NCBI GenBank assembly: GCA_965224575.1
Contig: CBDCZQ010000001.1
Location: forward strand, 94,798 to 158,797
Origin: Methylococcales bacterium
Lineage (GTDB): Bacteria > Pseudomonadota > Gammaproteobacteria > Methylococcales > Methylomonadaceae
Direction of reading: 5' to 3'
DNA: 64,000 bases
Under the pieces are notes generated by a model. That model was not told where the DNA came from. It saw only the letters and a list, made by a program, of their open reading frames with translations, and did no database searches. How positions within the stretch are numbered: position 1 is the stretch's first letter; every line of letters starts with the position of its first letter. Positions 61,934-64,000 of this stretch are shown here, piece by piece. The translations under genes and the position numbers were made by a program.

Positions 61934-64000
61934 TGCGTAGCAAAGCCCAACCTCTTCAAAATTTTGATTTTCAAGAGAGTCCTTATGAAAGACCTAATCA
62001 AAAGTGGGTCTGTGGAAAAAAGGCTCAGGGGTGTCCCTGTGAAATAGGGCCTGATAAAAAAGGGAAATGCCGAGCAGATTTTGAATGTAAACCTAAAGCT
62101 AGCATAAATGGCGATCAGTGGAATTGTACACGTTCTAGTTCTTTTGGTGGTAATTGTACTCATGGTCCGTTACCTGATGGTACATGTTGCCAGCCCATTA
62201 CCCCTTGTTATCCAGTCCGAAGTATTAGATATAAGCGGTCTTTGGTAATAAAGTGGGTAACGATAGCGACTTTAGGAATTCTTCTGCTTCTCATAAATGG
62301 AAGTAGTAAACATCATTTTATCAGCCCAGGCGAATTAACCTATCAGCATGCGAATAATACTGAATGCTCTGATTGCCATCAAGTTTTTGATAAAGGGTTT
62401 ACTGGATGGGTACATCAGGCACTCAATTCCGTCAATATTATTGATAACAATGAGCAATGTATTAATTGTCATGAACTAGGTGAACATGCTGATGAAGCGC
62501 ATGGATTGTCTGAAGCAGGACTTAAAAAAATATCTTATACCTTGGATGCAGGGAAAGAAAGTCCGGATAGGCAACAAATTGCCTGTATGACATGCCATGT
62601 TGAGCACCATGGTACAAATAATAATTTGTTGGCAGTTAATAGCCAGAATTGTGCTTTATGTCATGATCTTCCTTTTAAGAATGGTAAAAAATCTCATCCT
62701 GAATTCCGTCAATATCCTTATCGACATAGAACAGGGATTATTTTTGATCATACTCAACATTACGATAAACATTTTTTTGATAAAAGTGGTGAAACTCGGA
62801 AAGAGAATGCACCGAGTTCATGTTTAACTTGTCATGCAAGTGATAAGAATGGGATAAAAATGGTTGTTAGGGATTATCAGAAAACATGTTCTGAATGCCA
62901 CAATAGTCTATTTGAAGAATCAGAGGCATTTCCTGTCATTACTGTTCCTGCTTTAGATACTGAAAATATTGTTTCACTAGGAGCCTGGCCTGCTGATGCA
63001 GATGCTGGATTAACACCTTTTATGAAATTACTTCTTTCCAATGGCGATAAAATCAAAGCCGTTTTGGCAGAACTTGATGGAGGCGATCTTACAGAATTGG
63101 AAGAAGAAGATGCACAAGTTGTTGCTTGGAGCATTAAAGAATTATTTTACGATATATATAAACAGGGAGATGTTGCTGTTACACAACGATTAGCAAATGC
63201 ATTTAATTGCCAAATAAATTCAAAGGGTAAATTGATTCAAGAACCCGCTTGTCAATTAACAGTGAATAAATTAGATGCTTTAGTTTCAGCTTTCCCATAT
63301 CCACTCTTTTGCTCTGCCCAAAAGGAATGGTTTCCAAAACTGGCTAATGAAATTAAGCTTTATCTTGATTTTAAAGGGAAAAGAAAAAATATTTTGTCTA
63401 ATTCCTCACTCACTTTTTGCGAAACGATAAATAAGACTGCGGATAGTGATTCAGATTCAGAGGCTTGGATGCTAGATTATTTTACTCTGAGTTACCGCCC
63501 TGTAACTCATGCTGATAAATTTTTTAGCACATGGTTAAATGCCAGTCAAAATCATCAGGGTGAATCATTAGATGACAAAACACGAAAAGAAATATTTGAT
63601 TTGTTAAACTCTGAAGATTCAGCAGGGCAGTGTATTTATTGTCATAGTGTTGATAGTATTGATACAGATAATAATTATATACATTGGTCAACTCCTCAGT
63701 GGAACCCAAAGCGTAAAGACTTTATTCGTTTTAATCATGCGGGTCATTTACGACACCAAGAAGAAAGTGTATGTAAAGATTGTCATAAAGAAAACAAAGA
63801 AGCTGATTACTTAGCCAGCTATAAAAACAGTACTCCTTTAGATTTTCAGAGTAATTTCTCAACTGGAAAAGAACAATGCGAGACTTGTCATAATCAAGCG
63901 ATGACAGAAAAACAATGTCAAACATGTCATAATTATCATGTTAGTGATGATAATGATTTTTCCAATCAGGATTTTATGGGAAGAGGAAACTTAAAAGTTT
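61933..64000 (+). CDS. Membrane-anchored multiheme c-type cytochrome (at least 10 hemes) with a Cys-rich N-terminal cytoplasmic segment; 3' end outside the window
   Basis: This ORF is not in the supplied track because it has no stop in the window. It runs for 689 codons without a stop from ATG 61933. The pre-TM region has 11 Cys (CGKKAQGCPCEIGPDKKGKCRADFECKP...NCTRSSSFGGNCTHGPLPDGTCCQPITPCYP). The TM segment is WVTIATLGILLLLI. It then carries CSDCH, CINCH, CMTCH, CALCH, CLTCH, CSECH, CIYCH, CKDCH, CETCH and CQTCH. Confidence 0.85.
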   Translation, partial: MRSKAQPLQNFDFQESPYERPNQKWVCGKKAQGCPCEIGPDKKGKCRADFECKPKASINGDQWNCTRSSSFGGNCTHGPLPDGTCCQPITPCYPVRSIRYKRSLVIKWVTIATLGILLLLINGSSKHHFISPGELTYQHANNTECSDCHQVFDKGFTGWVHQALNSVNIIDNNEQCINCHELGEHADEAHGLSEAGLKKISYTLDAGKESPDRQQIACMTCHVEHHGTNNNLLAVNSQNCALCHDLPFKNGKKSHPEFRQYPYRHRTGIIFDHTQHYDKHFFDKSGETRKENAPSSCLTCHASDKNGIKMVVRDYQKTCSECHNSLFEESEAFPVITVPALDTENIVSLGAWPADADAGLTPFMKLLLSNGDKIKAVLAELDGGDLTELEEEDAQVVAWSIKELFYDIYKQGDVAVTQRLANAFNCQINSKGKLIQEPACQLTVNKLDALVSAFPYPLFCSAQKEWFPKLANEIKLYLDFKGKRKNILSNSSLTFCETINKTADSDSDSEAWMLDYFTLSYRPVTHADKFFSTWLNASQNHQGESLDDKTRKEIFDLLNSEDSAGQCIYCHSVDSIDTDNNYIHWSTPQWNPKRKDFIRFNHAGHLRHQEESVCKDCHKENKEADYLASYKNSTPLDFQSNFSTGKEQCETCHNQAMTEKQCQTCHNYHVSDDNDFSNQDFMGRGNLKV

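Noticed and set aside
62597-63925. Track ORFs 62597-62827 (+), 62877-63134 (-), 63524-63709 (-) and 63731-63925 (-).
   Set aside because: All lie inside the 689-codon open frame starting at 61933, which carries ten CxxCH motifs. The listed ORFs are frame shadows.
1-64000. tRNA, rRNA, tmRNA, RNase P or riboswitch genes.
   Set aside because: Scanning the intergenic regions by eye showed no T-loop GGTTCGAATCC-like motifs, no rRNA-like conserved blocks and no recognisable riboswitch cores. This is not exhaustive. tRNAscan and Infernal would settle it.

Overview
This is a 64-kb chromosomal window from an AT-rich Gram-negative genome. By eye the GC content is in the high 30s percent. Gene order (bamA-skp-fabZ-lpxA-rnhB-dnaE, epmB/efp/epmA, cysDN) suggests a gammaproteobacterium, but that is inference only.

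Housekeeping blocks:
- Sulfate activation: cysDN.
- EF-P and both of its lysylation enzymes.
- The outer-membrane/lipid A cluster.
- dnaE.

Accessory content:
- A decayed IS splitting a subtilase locus.
- A Tat-exported multicopper oxidase with secreted neighbours.
- A 12-blade NHL protein fused to a legumain-like peptidase.
- A porin-tupABC oxyanion uptake operon whose divergent regulator carries an in-frame TAG.
- A 5.5-kb DUF4331/TPR/HupE/ECF-sigma cassette bracketed by ~620-bp direct repeats.

The most interesting region is 53.5 kb to the window end. Two tightly coupled operons there encode at least 19 CxxCH heme sites in three cytochromes. They also encode a predicted outer-membrane beta-barrel, a membrane-anchored FNR-like flavoprotein with a 2Fe-2S tail, a cytoplasmic cNMP-binding/four-cluster FeS fusion and a small polytopic membrane protein. 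The last cytochrome gene (61933 to beyond 64000) is missing from the supplied ORF track because it has no stop codon inside the window.

The window is also rich in small dispersed repeats: one BIME-like family, two or three MITE-like palindromic families and two microsatellites. It carries an unusual number of disrupted genes. No rRNA, tRNA or CRISPR array was recognised. All calls rest on reading translated motifs by eye; no database search was possible.
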